Source of the DNA: the human T2T-CHM13v2.0 reference genome, Homo sapiens
DNA: 64,000 nt
Direction: 5' to 3' (one strand)
NCBI RefSeq assembly: GCF_009914755.1
Contig: NC_060929.1
In this document: positions 1 to 17,310 of the stretch, piece after piece
How positions within the stretch are numbered: position 1 is the first letter of the stretch
How the letters are laid out: every line of letters begins with the position of its first letter
Notes under the pieces: generated by a model
The model's database searches: none
What the model saw: the letters and a program-made list of their open reading frames with translations, nothing else
Told to the model about the DNA's origin: nothing
Translations under genes and position numbers: made by a program

Positions 1-400
1 ATCTGCGGCTTAGAGACATCAAATAATCCCCATATGTTTACAATTTAAGAAATATATTTCTATATAATCCATAGGCTCAAGAAATCATAATAAAATTAGA
101 ATATATATTTCAAACTGATTTATAATAAAAACACAGCACATCAAAATTTGTTGGAGGCTACTAAAGCTGTGCTAAGGGGAAAATGTATAGCCTTATCATA
201 TATATATTATATATATATTAGAATAGACACAATTTTGATAATCAATGATCTAAGCATTTATCTCACAAGCTTCAAAGAAAACTAGCAAATTAAAGTCAAA
301 GAAAACAGAATGAATGAAATAATGCAAATAAATAAAAAACAAATATACATACGTAGATCAACAAAGCCTAAGGCTGGTTCTTTGCAGAAAATAAACAATT
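1..400 (+). mobile_element. Old L1M ORF2 fragment
   Basis: Degenerate L1 ORF2 motifs (gctgtgctaaggggaaaatgtatagcc; atcaacaaagcctaaggctggttctttg). Confidence 0.65.
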
Positions 401-1049
401 TGCCTAAATGACAGAGCTGAGACGCCAGTTCAAAGAGCTGTTTGACTCTCTAGGCTAAGCTCTGAAGCCTTAAAGAGCTGCTTATAACCTCCATCTGGTC
501 CTCAGGTCACTGAGTGTATGATCTTAATAAAAGCAAATCTGAGCATTTTATAGAAGGCAGGACCCAAAATATAAGCAAAGCCTGCTTTCACAAATGGATT
601 TCAACACTGAAATCATTCGTATTATTGCAACATATTTGCAAAGCTTTTTTTGAAGCCCACATCTTTTCTATTTTAAAATAACTTTCCCTTAGATTATAGG
701 GGGAAAATCTGAAAAAATAGCTGCTTGCTGCTTGTGTAAAATAAGATTTCATTTTTATATTAAACAAGAAACTATTAGATTGATATTATATACAAAAAGG
801 AAGAGGATCTACAGGATCATTAAAATTACTTGGAAAACAAAAATACTGTCTTATAGTTACTATGAACATCCTAGGTGGCAAGAGTTATATATACTTACCT
901 AAAATATTCCCCAAAGCCCTTATGTAATACTATGCTCTCTGTGATATTGAACAAATAGTAATTCAATCACTCACTGCACTGGTTTTTCCATTTTCTTTAG
1001 GATGTTTACTTCACTATTTGAGCTGTAGATCGCAGGTCAGCTCTTAATC

Positions 1050-1245
1050 CAAGGCAGTTCTTAATCTCAAAATATAGTCTCAAAACCAGCAACATCAGCA
1101 TCACCTGGGAACTGGTTAGACATGCACATTCTCAGGCTTCACCCCAGACTTGACTCTGACACCCTGGAGGTGGATCCCAGCAATGTGTGTCTTAACGAGC
1201 AATTCCAGGTGATCCTCCAGTGCTGAAGCTTGAGAACCTCTACGC
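1050..1245. mobile_element. MER5A-like hAT-Charlie MITE
   Basis: accagcaacatcagcatcacctgggaactggttagacatgcacattctcagg...tgagaacc resembles MER5A. Confidence 0.75.
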
Positions 1246-1883
1246 CAAGATAAGTGGGTAAGACTTCAGAAGCATCTGAAAATTTTACTTGCAATAGTAG
1301 CTATAGGAAGCTTACGGGGTTCTGCACATCCACAAAGTGTTGGCAGCTTATATGGAGTTCTTAATGGCACTGCCTAAAGCAAGAGACTAATTATCAAATA
1401 AGGAACTTCCATGGCTCTCACAAAAGAGAGGTTCTACATTGCAAAAACGGGCCACAAACAGCACTTCCCAGCACACTGCAAGAAATGACAAGAAATTTAA
1501 TGAGCTTATAACACCAGGATATATTTGCCTAAACATTTGATCGTTCCCCAGGGTAGAGTTGCCCTGCCCCCAAAACAGGATAGTAGCAAGAAAATAGGAG
1601 TGAACAAGTACAAGCAATGAGCCACTGTTTCAAGAACATCCAATTAGAAAACGACTTGATAGAATGAAAATAAGATGCACCTGCACTTTATCACCAATTA
1701 TTCCAAGGTAACAAGGATTATATTTACTCATTTATATTTTTCCATGCCTTATTCCTACCTCTATTTTGAGAAGTAAATGAGGAAAAATGTTTCCCCTGGG
1801 TTTCCGTACACTCACAGTTCTCAACCTTGTAACAATGGTCCCAGCGACCAGGAGAGGTTCCTAGAGAGTCAGCCTCCTAATGA

Positions 1884-2243
<360 letters not shown>

Positions 2244-3563
2244 AAAAACGTAGTTTTCCCTTTCCAAACCAGAAAAAGGTGAAACTTAAGTTGAGGTAAA
2301 GAGTGCCCAATGGAGCATCACTTATGATTGGAGGGGCGGGTGGGGGCGAAGAGGAAATGTGTGGGCATTTTATGGCCATTTCTTTCCTCTTCTTACTTGA
2401 TTTCTCCTACCAGCTTACACTGCATACAGGTTATTGCACCATTAAGTGGAATGTTCTAAAGGTCAAGGTTCTATGCTCCCTGCTGGGAGAGTGTGGAGCA
2501 ATGAACTGAGGTGTACAACCCTCTCTAGTGTACCCTATATCGAAGCAAAGAGACTATCTCTGTACCTGAAACTTGAAAGAATAAAAATCTCTCTTTTATA
2601 ATTATTATGTACTCGACTTAAAATTACAAACGTAATATATGCTCACCTTAACTAATAAAAGAATCCAAAGACACTTCTATAATGTCAGTAATGCTTAATG
2701 TAAAAGATTTTTAATGGGCAATTGTGGGGAAATGCTACATTGTGTATATTTTGGTGGCAAACTGTGCTCTGCTACCTAACAGATTCACACACCCCCATCC
2801 ACTGACATCTGGTGCATGGCACATAAGCTTGGCTTGCACGAACACTCCCACCTGGGATGACTGCATCTAAAGGAAGTGGTACAACACTCCATTGCCAATT
2901 GGTGCTAGTGAGGATAAAGTCTAATGGTGGCCATGCCAGTGAGACATGCTACACCAGATTGCTTTGTGGTGTGACCTGAACTGTGTCACCTACTGCCAAG
3001 ATTCATGCCAAATTTCTGAGCCTAGATCTTCAGTCTCAGTCTTCCAATCAGTTCTGTGATCCCCATTAGGCCCATTCTTTGGAATATTCTCAATTGTGTG
3101 AATTTTTTTTTCCTTTAATGGTAGATTTGAGTTTTGAAACAGACAAAAGGCATTTGGAAACAAGCAATGATGCTAATTAATACTTTATGTGGACACATAC
3201 ACACAGAAATAAGACATGATTATAAAGTTTTGACACTGGTTTTCCTGCCTGAAAAAGACAAATAATGCCAAAAATGTTTTGCACAATGGAAACATTGTTA
3301 AAATGAGTGCATTTTAACATTTCTTAATCTCACTCTTTAAAATAATGGAATTAATTTGAATGTTTACTTATATATTTACAGATTAAAAGCAGTCTCATTA
3401 CTGCCTGCCTTGTGTGCCTCATACGTGAGCCCAGACATAACAGGACTTCACAGAGTCCCTGGGAATACTTTATAATTAATAAGAAAAATTATAACTTATA
3501 AAAATTATTTGGGCTTGCAGATCCATAATTTAATTACTTTAAACCTAGAAAATACAACTCTAT

Positions 3564-3841
<278 letters not shown>

Positions 3842-3992
3842 TTAGGTTGCTGTGCACTTTTGATTTTGATACTCATATATCTGTCCATTTGTAAGTTTCT
3901 AGTACACAGTAGGCACTGAACATCAATTTTTCTTTTTCATTATATACCATTAACTCGGTACGATTTTTTTTCTCCTGTGATTTTCTTGGGGT

Positions 3993-4105
3993 GTCAGCTT
4001 TATTAAGATGTATTTTACATACCATGCAACTCACCCAATTAAGTGCACAATTCAGTGGCTTTTCATATATTCATAGAGCTGTTCAACCAACACAACTGTG
4101 ATTTA
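3993..4105 (-). mobile_element. L1MB/MC 3'-end fragment
   Basis: cagctttattaagatgta...cacccaattaagtgcacaattcagtgg resembles an old L1 3' terminus. Confidence 0.6.
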
Positions 4106-4859
4106 AGAGGCATTGCCAAAGGAAGAAGGGACAGGAGAAGAACTCCTTCCCAAATTATGTACAAACCCATATTGTGGTTATTTTGCCTGACCCATTGTAG
4201 ATAGCTTTGAGGTGGCAAATTCATTCACCCTACATTAAGGTGGCAGGAGAGAAAAGAGAAGGAAAGACAAAAAAAAAAAAAAAAAGCTAGTTATGTTTGC
4301 TAGTCCAAGCTTCTGAGCAAGCCTCTACCCTGCTGGGCAATAAAAAAGTTGAGATTTTTCAATTAACAAAACTTAATACACCAGATGCCTTCTTATCTGA
4401 TGAAATCAAGACATATTTAATTAAAAAGTCAAAGTGAGAAATAAAGTATATAACACAAATACTATATTTTCATTTAAACTAAATGTATATACATTTAATA
4501 AAAATGAGTTCAAGTTGTTAAGATGATAGATTTTTTTCACAGCATAGTCCTTCCACCTTTTTAATTATATTCTTGACAGTTGATTCCATCTGATGTTTAA
4601 TATATGGTAATATTTAGGTAGTTATTGGCCACTTTTGGCTCTAGATTTGATTATATCTCTTCATTGTTTTCTGTTTTCCAAATTGAGATCAATAAGTTTA
4701 ATTCAGAGTATATATTATTCTGCATTATTCATAATTTTCTAGTAAATCAAATTAAATATTCTATTGTTTGATGTCTTATAAATCATTAGTGCTGTCAATT
4801 TTCTGAGAACGATTAACAAATTATGTTCATGATTAGTCTTAAAATTCAGGATTTCCTAT

Positions 4860-5070
4860 AACAGAATTTAGCAAAATTTTTCTGTAAAAGGCCAGATAAT
4901 AAATATTTTAGGCCTTATGGGCCATATGATCATAGTTGCAACTACTCAATTCTGCTATAGTAGAACAAAACCCATAGACAAGACATAATCAATGAGTGTG
5001 TCTATGTTCCAATAAAACGTTCTTACAAGTGCATTTGACCCATGGGGCCATAGTCTGTCAACTCTTGTTT
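4860..5070. mobile_element. MER58A-like hAT MITE
   Basis: gcaaaatttttctgtaaaaggccagataataaatattttaggc...gttccaataaaac...gggccatagt. Confidence 0.75.
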
Positions 5071-5679
5071 TATAGTATTATCAGCCCCAGGCCATCCCTT
5101 TTTTCAAGATGTAGTACATGTTCACTGAGGACTTTCATTTGTCAAAGTATAATTTTAAAAACCTGACTCTCATATAAAATAAAGTAAGCATGTATCAAAG
5201 ATTTATTTAACTCATTATTATGGGAACCAATAAAATAGAAAAGGTGAGAAAAAAGAATACAGCAGAAGCAGAAGTATTTATAGTTATTGAAAAAAGATGA
5301 CTGAATAAAAAATGCTAAAAGAGATATAAAACTGGTTAATGTCTTGCATTAACTATATCCCCTGGAGTGTTCTTTTCTACTGGGAAGAATTTATTTGCAC
5401 CACTCTCAGTTTTCATAAGTCACCATCTATGCATAGAGTTGTAAATATCCCAATCAATAGCGTTAAATCAAAGTTAACAGCCTTAAATAATTAAATCATC
5501 AATGATGGATCTGTTGCACATTTCTCCAATATGGCTATTTCCAAGTTTAGGAAATCTTTTTCTTAACACATTTCACTCCAGTACTGCACTGTGAATAGTG
5601 ACCTTTGATGTTAGTCTTTTCTTACATTACTATAAAGAACTACCTGAGACTGAGCAATTTACAAGGAAATGAGTTTTTT

Positions 5680-6200
5680 GTTTGTTTGTTTGATTTCTTC
5701 TAAAAAATGGGATACATGTGCAGAATGTCCAGGTTCCTTACATAGGTACACATGTGCCATGGTGGTTTGCTGCACCTATTGACCTATCCTCTAAGTTCCC
5801 TCCCCTCACCCCCCACATCCCAACAGGCCTGGATGTGTGTTTTTCCGCTCTCTGTGTCCATGTGTTCTCATTGTTCAACTCCCACTTATGAGTGAGAACA
5901 TGCGATATTTGGTTTTCTGTTCCTGTGTTAGTTTGGTGAGGATTATGCCTTCTAGCTTCATCCATGTCCCTGCAAAGGACATGATCTCATTCATTTTTAT
6001 GGCTGCATAGTATTCCATGGTGTATGTGTACCACATTTTCTTTATCCAGTCTATCATTGATGGGCATTTAGGTTGGTTCCATGTCTCTGCTATTGTAAAT
6101 AGTGTTGCAATAAACATACGTATGCATGTGTCTTTATAGTAGAATGATTTATAATACTTTGGGTATATACCCAGTAATGAGATTGCTGGATCAAATGGTA
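5680..6200 (-). mobile_element. 5'-truncated L1PA (L1PA8-like) inserted in the MSTA LTR
   Basis: L1 3'UTR plus ORF2 C-terminus (ORF 5875..6117 [19 protein letters not shown]...). LTR sequence resumes at 6201. Confidence 0.9.
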
Positions 6201-8110
6201 TAAGAAGAAAGTTTTAATTGACTCACAGTCCTGCAGGCTGTACAGGAAGCATGGCTGGGAGGCCTCAGGAAACTTATAATCATGGCAGAGGTAAAGGGGA
6301 AGCAAGCATGTCTTACCATAGTGGAGCAGGAGAGTGAGCAAAGGGGGAAGTGCTACATACTTTTAAACAACCAGGTCTCATGAGAATGGCAAGGGGGAAA
6401 TCAGCCCCCATGATCTAATTACCTCCCACAAGGCCCCACCTCCAACACTTAAGATCACAATTAAACATGAGATTTGGGTGGGGACACAAAGCCAAACCAT
6501 ATAATTCTGTCCTGGCCCCTCCCAAATCACATATCCTTCTTATATTTCAAAACACAATTATGCCTTCCCAACAGTCTTAACTCATTCTAGCATTAACTCA
6601 AAAGTGTAGGTCCAAAGTCTCATCTTTTATGAGAGACAAAGATGAGACTCTTTGAAGAGACAAGGCAAGTCCCTTCTGCCTATAAGCCTGTAAAATCAAA
6701 AACAAGTTAGTTACTTCCAAGATACAATGAGAGTACAGGCATTGAGTAAGTTCTCCCATTCCAAAAGAAAGAAATTGACCAAAACAAAGGGGCTACAGGC
6801 TCCATGTAAGTCCAAAACCCAGCAGGGGAGTCATTAAATCTCAAAGCTTCAAAATTATCTCCTTTGACTTCATGTCTCACATCCAGGTTATACTGATGCA
6901 AGCAGTGGGCTCAAGTCCTTGGGCAGCTCCACCCCTGTGGCTCTGCATAATACAGCCCCCATGGCTGCTTTCACAGGCTGGTGTTGAGTGCCTACAGCTT
7001 TTCCAGGCACACAGAGCAAGCTGTCAGTGGATCTGCCATTCTGAGGTCTGAAGTATGGTGGCCCCGTTCTCACAGCTCCATTAGGCAGTGCCCCAGGAGG
7101 GACTCTGTGTGGGGGCTCCAACCCCACATTTCCCATTTCCCCTCTGCACTGCCCTAGAAGAGGGTCTCCATGAGGGCTCCACCCCTGCAGCACACTTCTG
7201 CCTGGACATCCAGGAGTTTCCATACATCCTCTGAAATCTAGGCAAAGGTTCCCAAACCTCAACGCTTACCTTTTGCACACTCACAGGCCCAATACACTTG
7301 GAAGCCACCAAGGCTTGGAGCTTGCACTCTCTGAAGAAACAGCCCAAGCTATACCTTGGCCCCTTTTAGCCACAGCTGGAACTGGAGCAGCTGCGATGCA
7401 GGGCACCATGTCCCAAGGCTGCAGAGAGCAGCGGGGTCTTGGGCCTGGTCCATGAAACCATTTTTCCCTGCTAGACCTCCAGGACTATGATTGGAGGGGC
7501 TGCCACAAAGGCCTCTGAAATGCCTTGGAGGCATTTTCCCCATTGTTTTTGCTATTAACATTCGACTCCTTGTTACTTATGCTTATTTCTGCAGCCCTGA
7601 ATTCCTCCCTAGAAAATTGTTTTTCTTTTCTACTGCATGGTCTGGCTGAAAATTTTCCAAACTTTTATGCTCTGCTTCCCTTTTAAATACAAGTTCTAGT
7701 TTCAGGTCATTTCTTTGTTTATGCAAATGAATTAGGCTTTTAGAGGCAGTCAGGCCATCTCTTGAATGCTTTGCTGCTTAGAAATTTCTTCCACCAGATA
7801 CCCTAAATTATCTCTCTCAAGTTCAAAATTCCACAGATCTTTACATATGTATTTATTTTTATATGTAAAACTTCTTTTTTTTTATTTTACTTTATTATTA
7901 TAATTATTATACTTTAAGTTTTAGGGTACATGTGCATAATGTGCAGGTTAGTTACATATGTATACATGTGCCATGCTGGTGTGCTGCACCTATTAACTCA
8001 TCATTTAGCATTAGGTATATCTCCTAAAGCTATCCCTCCCCCATCCCTCCACCCCACAACAGTCCCCAGAGTGTGATGTTCCCCTTTCTGTGTTCATGTG
8101 TTCTCATTGT

Positions 8111-12158
<4,048 letters not shown>

Positions 12159-12206
12159 TTATTTTGCTTGTTAGTTGATGCAGTTTCTTCCTAGCCTTGA
12201 TGGTCT

Positions 12207-13220
12207 TTACAATTTGGCATGATTTTGCAGTGGCTGGTACCGGTTGTTTCTCTCCATGTTTAGTGCTTCCTTCAGGAGCTCTTTTAGGGCAGGCCTGGTG
12301 GTGATGAAATCTCTCAGCATTTGCTTGTCTGTAAAGTATTTTATTTCTCCTTCACTTATGAAGCTTAGTTTGGCTGGATATGAAATTCTGGGTTGAAAAT
12401 TCTTTTCTTTAAGAATGTTGAATATTTGTCCCCACTCTCTTCTGGCTTGTAGAGTTTCTGCCGAGAGATCTGCTGTTAGTCTGATGGGCTTCCCTTTGTG
12501 GGTAACCCAACCTTTCTCTCTGGCTGCCGTTAACATTTTCTCCTTCATTTCAACTTTGGTGAATCTGACAATTATGTCTTGGAGTTGCTCTTCTCGAGGA
12601 GTATCTTTGTGGCGTTCTCTGCATTTCCCAAATTTGAGTGTTGGCCTGCCTTGCTAGATTGGGGAAGTTCTCCTGGATAATATCCTGCAGAATGTTTTCC
12701 AACTTGGTTCCATTCTCCCTGTCACTTTCAGGTACACCAATCAGACGTAGATTTGGTCTTTTCACATAGTCCCATATTTCTTGGAGGCTTTGTTCATTTC
12801 TTTTTATTCTTTTTTCTCCAAACTTCCCTTCTCACTTCATTTCATTATTTCATCTTCCATCACTGATACCCTTTCTTCCAGTTGATAGCATAGGCTCCTG
12901 AGGCTTCTGCATTCTTCACGTAGTTCTCGAGCCTTGGCTTTCAGCTCCATCAGCTCCTTTAAGCACTTCTCTGTATTGGTTATTCTAGTTATACATTCGT
13001 CTAAATTTTTTTCAAAGTTTTCAACTTCTTTGCCTTTGGTTTGAATTTCCTCCTGTAGCTCAGAGTAGTTTGATCGTCTGAAGCCTTCTTCTCTCAACTC
13101 GTCAAAGTCATTCTCCATACAGCTTTGTTCCGTTGCTGGTGAGGAGCTGTGTTCCTTTGGAGGAGGAGAGGCGCTCTGCTTTTTAGAGTTTCCAGTTTTT
13201 CTGCTCTGTTTTTTCCCCAT
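12207..13220 (-). pseudogene. L1 ORF1p, frameshifted into three pieces
   Basis: Track ORFs 12837..13220 (MGKKQSRKTGNSK...), 12550..12765 and 12207..12548 (...QPLQNHAKL). Confidence 0.93.
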
Positions 13221-13802
13221 CTTTGTGGTTTTATCTACTTTTGGTCTTTGATGATGGTGATGTACAGATGGGTTTTTGGTGTGGATGTCCTTTCTGTTTG
13301 TTAGTTTTCCTTCTAACAGACAGGACCCTCAGTTGCAGGTCTGTTGGAGTCTGCTAGAGGTCCACTCCAGACCCTGTTTGCCTGGGTACCAGCAGTGGTG
13401 GCTGCAGAACAGCGGATTTTTGTGAACTGCGAATGCTGCTGTCTGATCGTTCCTCTGGAAGTTTTGTCTCAGAGGAGTACCCGGCCGTGTGAAGTGTCAG
13501 TCTGCCCCTGCTGGGGAGTACCTCCCAGTTAGGCTGCTCGGGGGTCAGGGGTCAGGGACCCACTTGAGGAGGCAGTCTGCCCGTTCTCAGATCTCCAGCT
13601 GCGTGCTGGGAGAACCACTGCTCTCTTCAAAGCTGTCAGACAGGGACATTTAAGTCTGCAGAGTTACTGCTGTCTTTTTGTTTGTCTGTGCCCTGCCCCC
13701 AGAGGTGGAGCCTACAGAGGCAGGCAGGCCTCCTTGAGCTGTGGTGGGCTCCACCCAGTTCGAGCTTCCTGGCTGCTTTGTTTACCTAAGCAAGCCTGGG
13801 CA

Positions 13803-14270
13803 ATGGCGGGCTCCCCTCCCCCAGCCTCACTGCCACCTTGCCGTTTGATCTCAGACTGCTGTGCTAGCATTCAGCGAGACTCCATGGGCGTAGGACCCTC
13901 CGAGCCAGGTGCGGGATATAATCTCCTGGTGTGCCATTTTTTAAGCCCATCTGAAAAGCACTGTATTGGGGTGGAAGTGACCCGCTTTTCCAGGTGCCAT
14001 CTGTCACCCCTTTCTTTGACTAGGAAAGGGAACTCCCTGACCCCTTCCACTTCCCAAGTAAGGCAATGCCTCACCCTGCTTCAGCTCGCACACGGTGTGC
14101 TGCACCCACTGACCTGCGCCCACTGTCTGGCACTCCCTAGTGAGATGAACCCGGTACCTCAGATGGAAATGCAGAAATCACCTGTCTTCTGCATCGCTCA
14201 CACTGGGAGCTGTAGACCGGAGCTGTTCCTATTCTGCCATCTTGGCTCCAGCCGCTCCACTGATCTTTAG
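13803..14270 (+). other. L1 antisense ORF0-like open frame (155 aa, MAGSPPPASLPPC...)
   Basis: N-terminus matches primate L1 ORF0. The frame stays open through the L1 5' end and stops at the TSD boundary. Expression not shown. Confidence 0.6.
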
Positions 14271-15129
14271 AGCAGGGGCACAATGCTGCCAGTCTCTTTG
14301 CTGAAGCATTGCAAGAGTGACCTTTATTCCAGTTCCCAACAAGTTCATCTCCATCTGAGACCACCTCAGCCTGGACTTCACTGTCCATATCACTATCAGC
14401 ATTTTGGTCATAACCATTCACCAAGTCCCCAGGAAGTTCCAAACTTTCCCATCTTCCTGTCTTCTTCTGAGCCTTCCAAACTCTTCTAACCTCTGCCCAT
14501 TACCCAGTTCCAAAGTCACTTCCACATTTTCAGGTATCTTTATAGCAATGCCCCACTTCTCTGGTACCAACTTTCTGTATTAGTTCTCAACTAAACTAAA
14601 AAGAACCACCTGAAACTTGGTAATTTATGAAGAAAAGAGGTTTCATTGACTCATAGTTCTTCAGGCTGCACAGGAAGCATGGCTGGGAGGCCTCAGGAAA
14701 CTTACAATCATGATAGAAGGCGAAGGGGAAGCAAGCATGACTTACCATGGTGGAGCAGGAGACAGAGAGTGAGAGAATGGGGAAGTGCCACACTTTTAAA
14801 CAACCAGGTCTCATGAGAACTCACTATCATGAGAACAGCAAGGGGGAAATCTGCCTCCATGATCTAATCACCTCCCACCAAGCCCCTCCTCCAACACTCA
14901 GGATCACAATTCAACATGAGATTTGGATGGGCACACAGAGCCAAACCATATCAACGAGGAATTTTATCAATTCTATAAACTCATCTTCTCATATTCCATC
15001 TTTTCAAAATGGAACTAAAACACTTTCTCATGATATTCAGTGGTAAAAATATGGCCTTTACATATCTTCATCCTTAAGGTTCATACAGTTAGGAAGTAAG
15101 ATTGTTCCCAGTGTGTGTGTGTGTGTATG

Positions 15130-15732
15130 TGCACAGATTGCAGTTTCCAAGACTGCCACAATAGTATTTCCCATCCTGCATGACCATCTTACAGTGTGAC
15201 TTTGATACCCACCCTCCTATCAAGATGTGGTGTATATGGTCCCTCCACCTGAATCTGAGCAAGATGGAGCCTACAAAGGGAGTAAAGCTGTGAGACTTCC
15301 AAAGGCAAGGTCCTAAATGGCAATACAGCTTTCTTCTGGTTTTCTCAGTGATGTTTATTCTTGTAAGGCACCCACCCTGCTGTAAGGAAGCCCAAACAAA
15401 CACAGAGGTCACATGGAAGAGCCATGTGTATGTGCTTTAGCAAGACCAGCTGGAATTCCAAATGATAAGCAGAATCAACTGCAATACAAGTGAATGTAGA
15501 TTCCACCAGATGATTCCAGACCCCCAACTGTTGAGTCATTCCCAGCCTACAAGTCTTCCTAGATGAGGCTCTATACACAGTGGGAAAATAACCCATCATC
15601 CCTACTGTACTCTGTCTGAATTCCTGACTCACAGAGAGCCCGAGAGATAATAATATGATTGTTGTATAAACCATTTATTTAAACTACTAAATTTTAGGGT
15701 GATTTTGGTTAAGCTACAATTGAAAACTGATA
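15130..15732 (+). mobile_element. MLT1 (H/G-like) MaLR solo LTR
   Basis: cagattgcagtttccaagactgccacaatag...ctaaattttagggtgatttt...aactgatata. Preceded by a short (TG)n. Confidence 0.7.
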
Positions 15733-16454
15733 TAGGCACCATGGCTTGGGTGGTTGTTTTTTGATTTTTTTTTAATTTCTACTGTCATGATAGATGAAAA
15801 CTTCAGTATTCTTCCAAATTTATTTTTGGTACTGTAGTTAGATTAATAATATATTTTTTATTTCTAAAACCTCTTTTGTCAATTTGCCAATAACAGCAAT
15901 TTTTTACTCTAGTTGCATTGCTGCAAATATTACTGATTGTTGTAAAATATTATTTATTAAAACCTCATACCTATGCTCTTATTACCATTTTTGTAGATAA
16001 TAGCTTATGATGTGGTATTGTAGGCTTGTTCTTCAATCAAATGTTATCTCTCAAGAATTGACATTAACTTCATTACTCTTTAGAACAGCAAGATAATTTC
16101 TCCCTAATGGTGCTTAGTATATGGGTATCATGCTGGGTTGGGTATTTTTTTCCCTTAACATTCAAGCCATTTATTACTCCAAAACTTTTTGCATCACCAA
16201 TTAATTTCTTTAAAGTGGAATAAAAAAAGTTCATGTCACTTGCAAAGTTACTTGGGAGCAGAATCCATCCAGATTTTTACAAAATATCCTCAATTTCTTA
16301 GTTGTCTTAGCCTCATTTTATACAACAGATTTTTTTATACTTTAAGAAGTTTTTTGAAAGCACTTAGTTTTTATAAAAAAATACTTTTATATTCATATTT
16401 CAATTGTTTTTATGGTATTTAATTAAATTTTGTGATTACAATAACAGATATTAG

Positions 16455-17016
16455 TGTGGTAGCCAGTAGCCAAGACAGCTTCCAGTGGCCTCTCCTGGTA
16501 TTAACACTTTTGTGTGGTCCTCTTCTACATTAAAAAGGGTGAGCTGTGTAACCAACAGGATATTGCAGAAATGACACTTCGTGACTTCTTGAGACTGTTA
16601 TAAAAGGCATTGTGGCTTCTGCCTCACTATCTTTAAGATCACCCAACTTGGGGTAAGCCAACTGTCATGTCATGAGGGTACTCAGTTAGTGGAGATATCT
16701 CCATGGCAACAAACTGACGCTCCTGGCAACAGCCCTCATCAGCTTGTCAACCACATGAGTGAGCCATTTTGGAATTCCTTCCTACAACTGCAGTCAAGTC
16801 TTCAGATGACTGCAGGCCCATCCAGTAACTCGAATGCAACATCTGAGAAACCCCCAAGTCAGAACTACCCAGATTATGCAAAACAGAATTCAAGATTTGC
16901 AGAAACTGTGGCAGACTAAATGTCCACTGTTGTTATTGTTGTTTTAAGTCACTAAGTTTTCAGATTATCTGTTATAAAATAGAAATAAAAATGTTAGAAA
17001 ATAGAAAACTAATACA
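16455..17016 (+). mobile_element. MLT1F-like MaLR solo LTR
   Basis: tgtggtagccag...gtgtaaccaacaggatattgcagaaatgac...aactaataca. Confidence 0.75.
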
Positions 17017-17310
17017 ACTACTATAAATAGACTTGGAATAAATAGATACTTAATACAACTAGTATAAACATATGGAGAATAAACACAGCTCCCAAATGGT
17101 ATGGAAACATAGGTACAATGGTATACTAGAGCACAGCCAACTGGCTATGAGTCAACACCACACAGTGGACATGAATCTATATACAATTTTATGGAGGATA
17201 CAGAATGCATTGGTTAATCCAACAACTCTGTTCATTGGAAGCCCATTAAAAGAGTGCCAGCTGTTAGAATTTCTTTTGGATGATTTAGTCTCTTCTGAAT
17301 AAAGATTTAT

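Noticed and set aside
6707-7561. Cluster of overlapping ORFs of up to 124 aa
   Set aside because: Decayed MaLR (MST-int) internal sequence, fragmented across frames.
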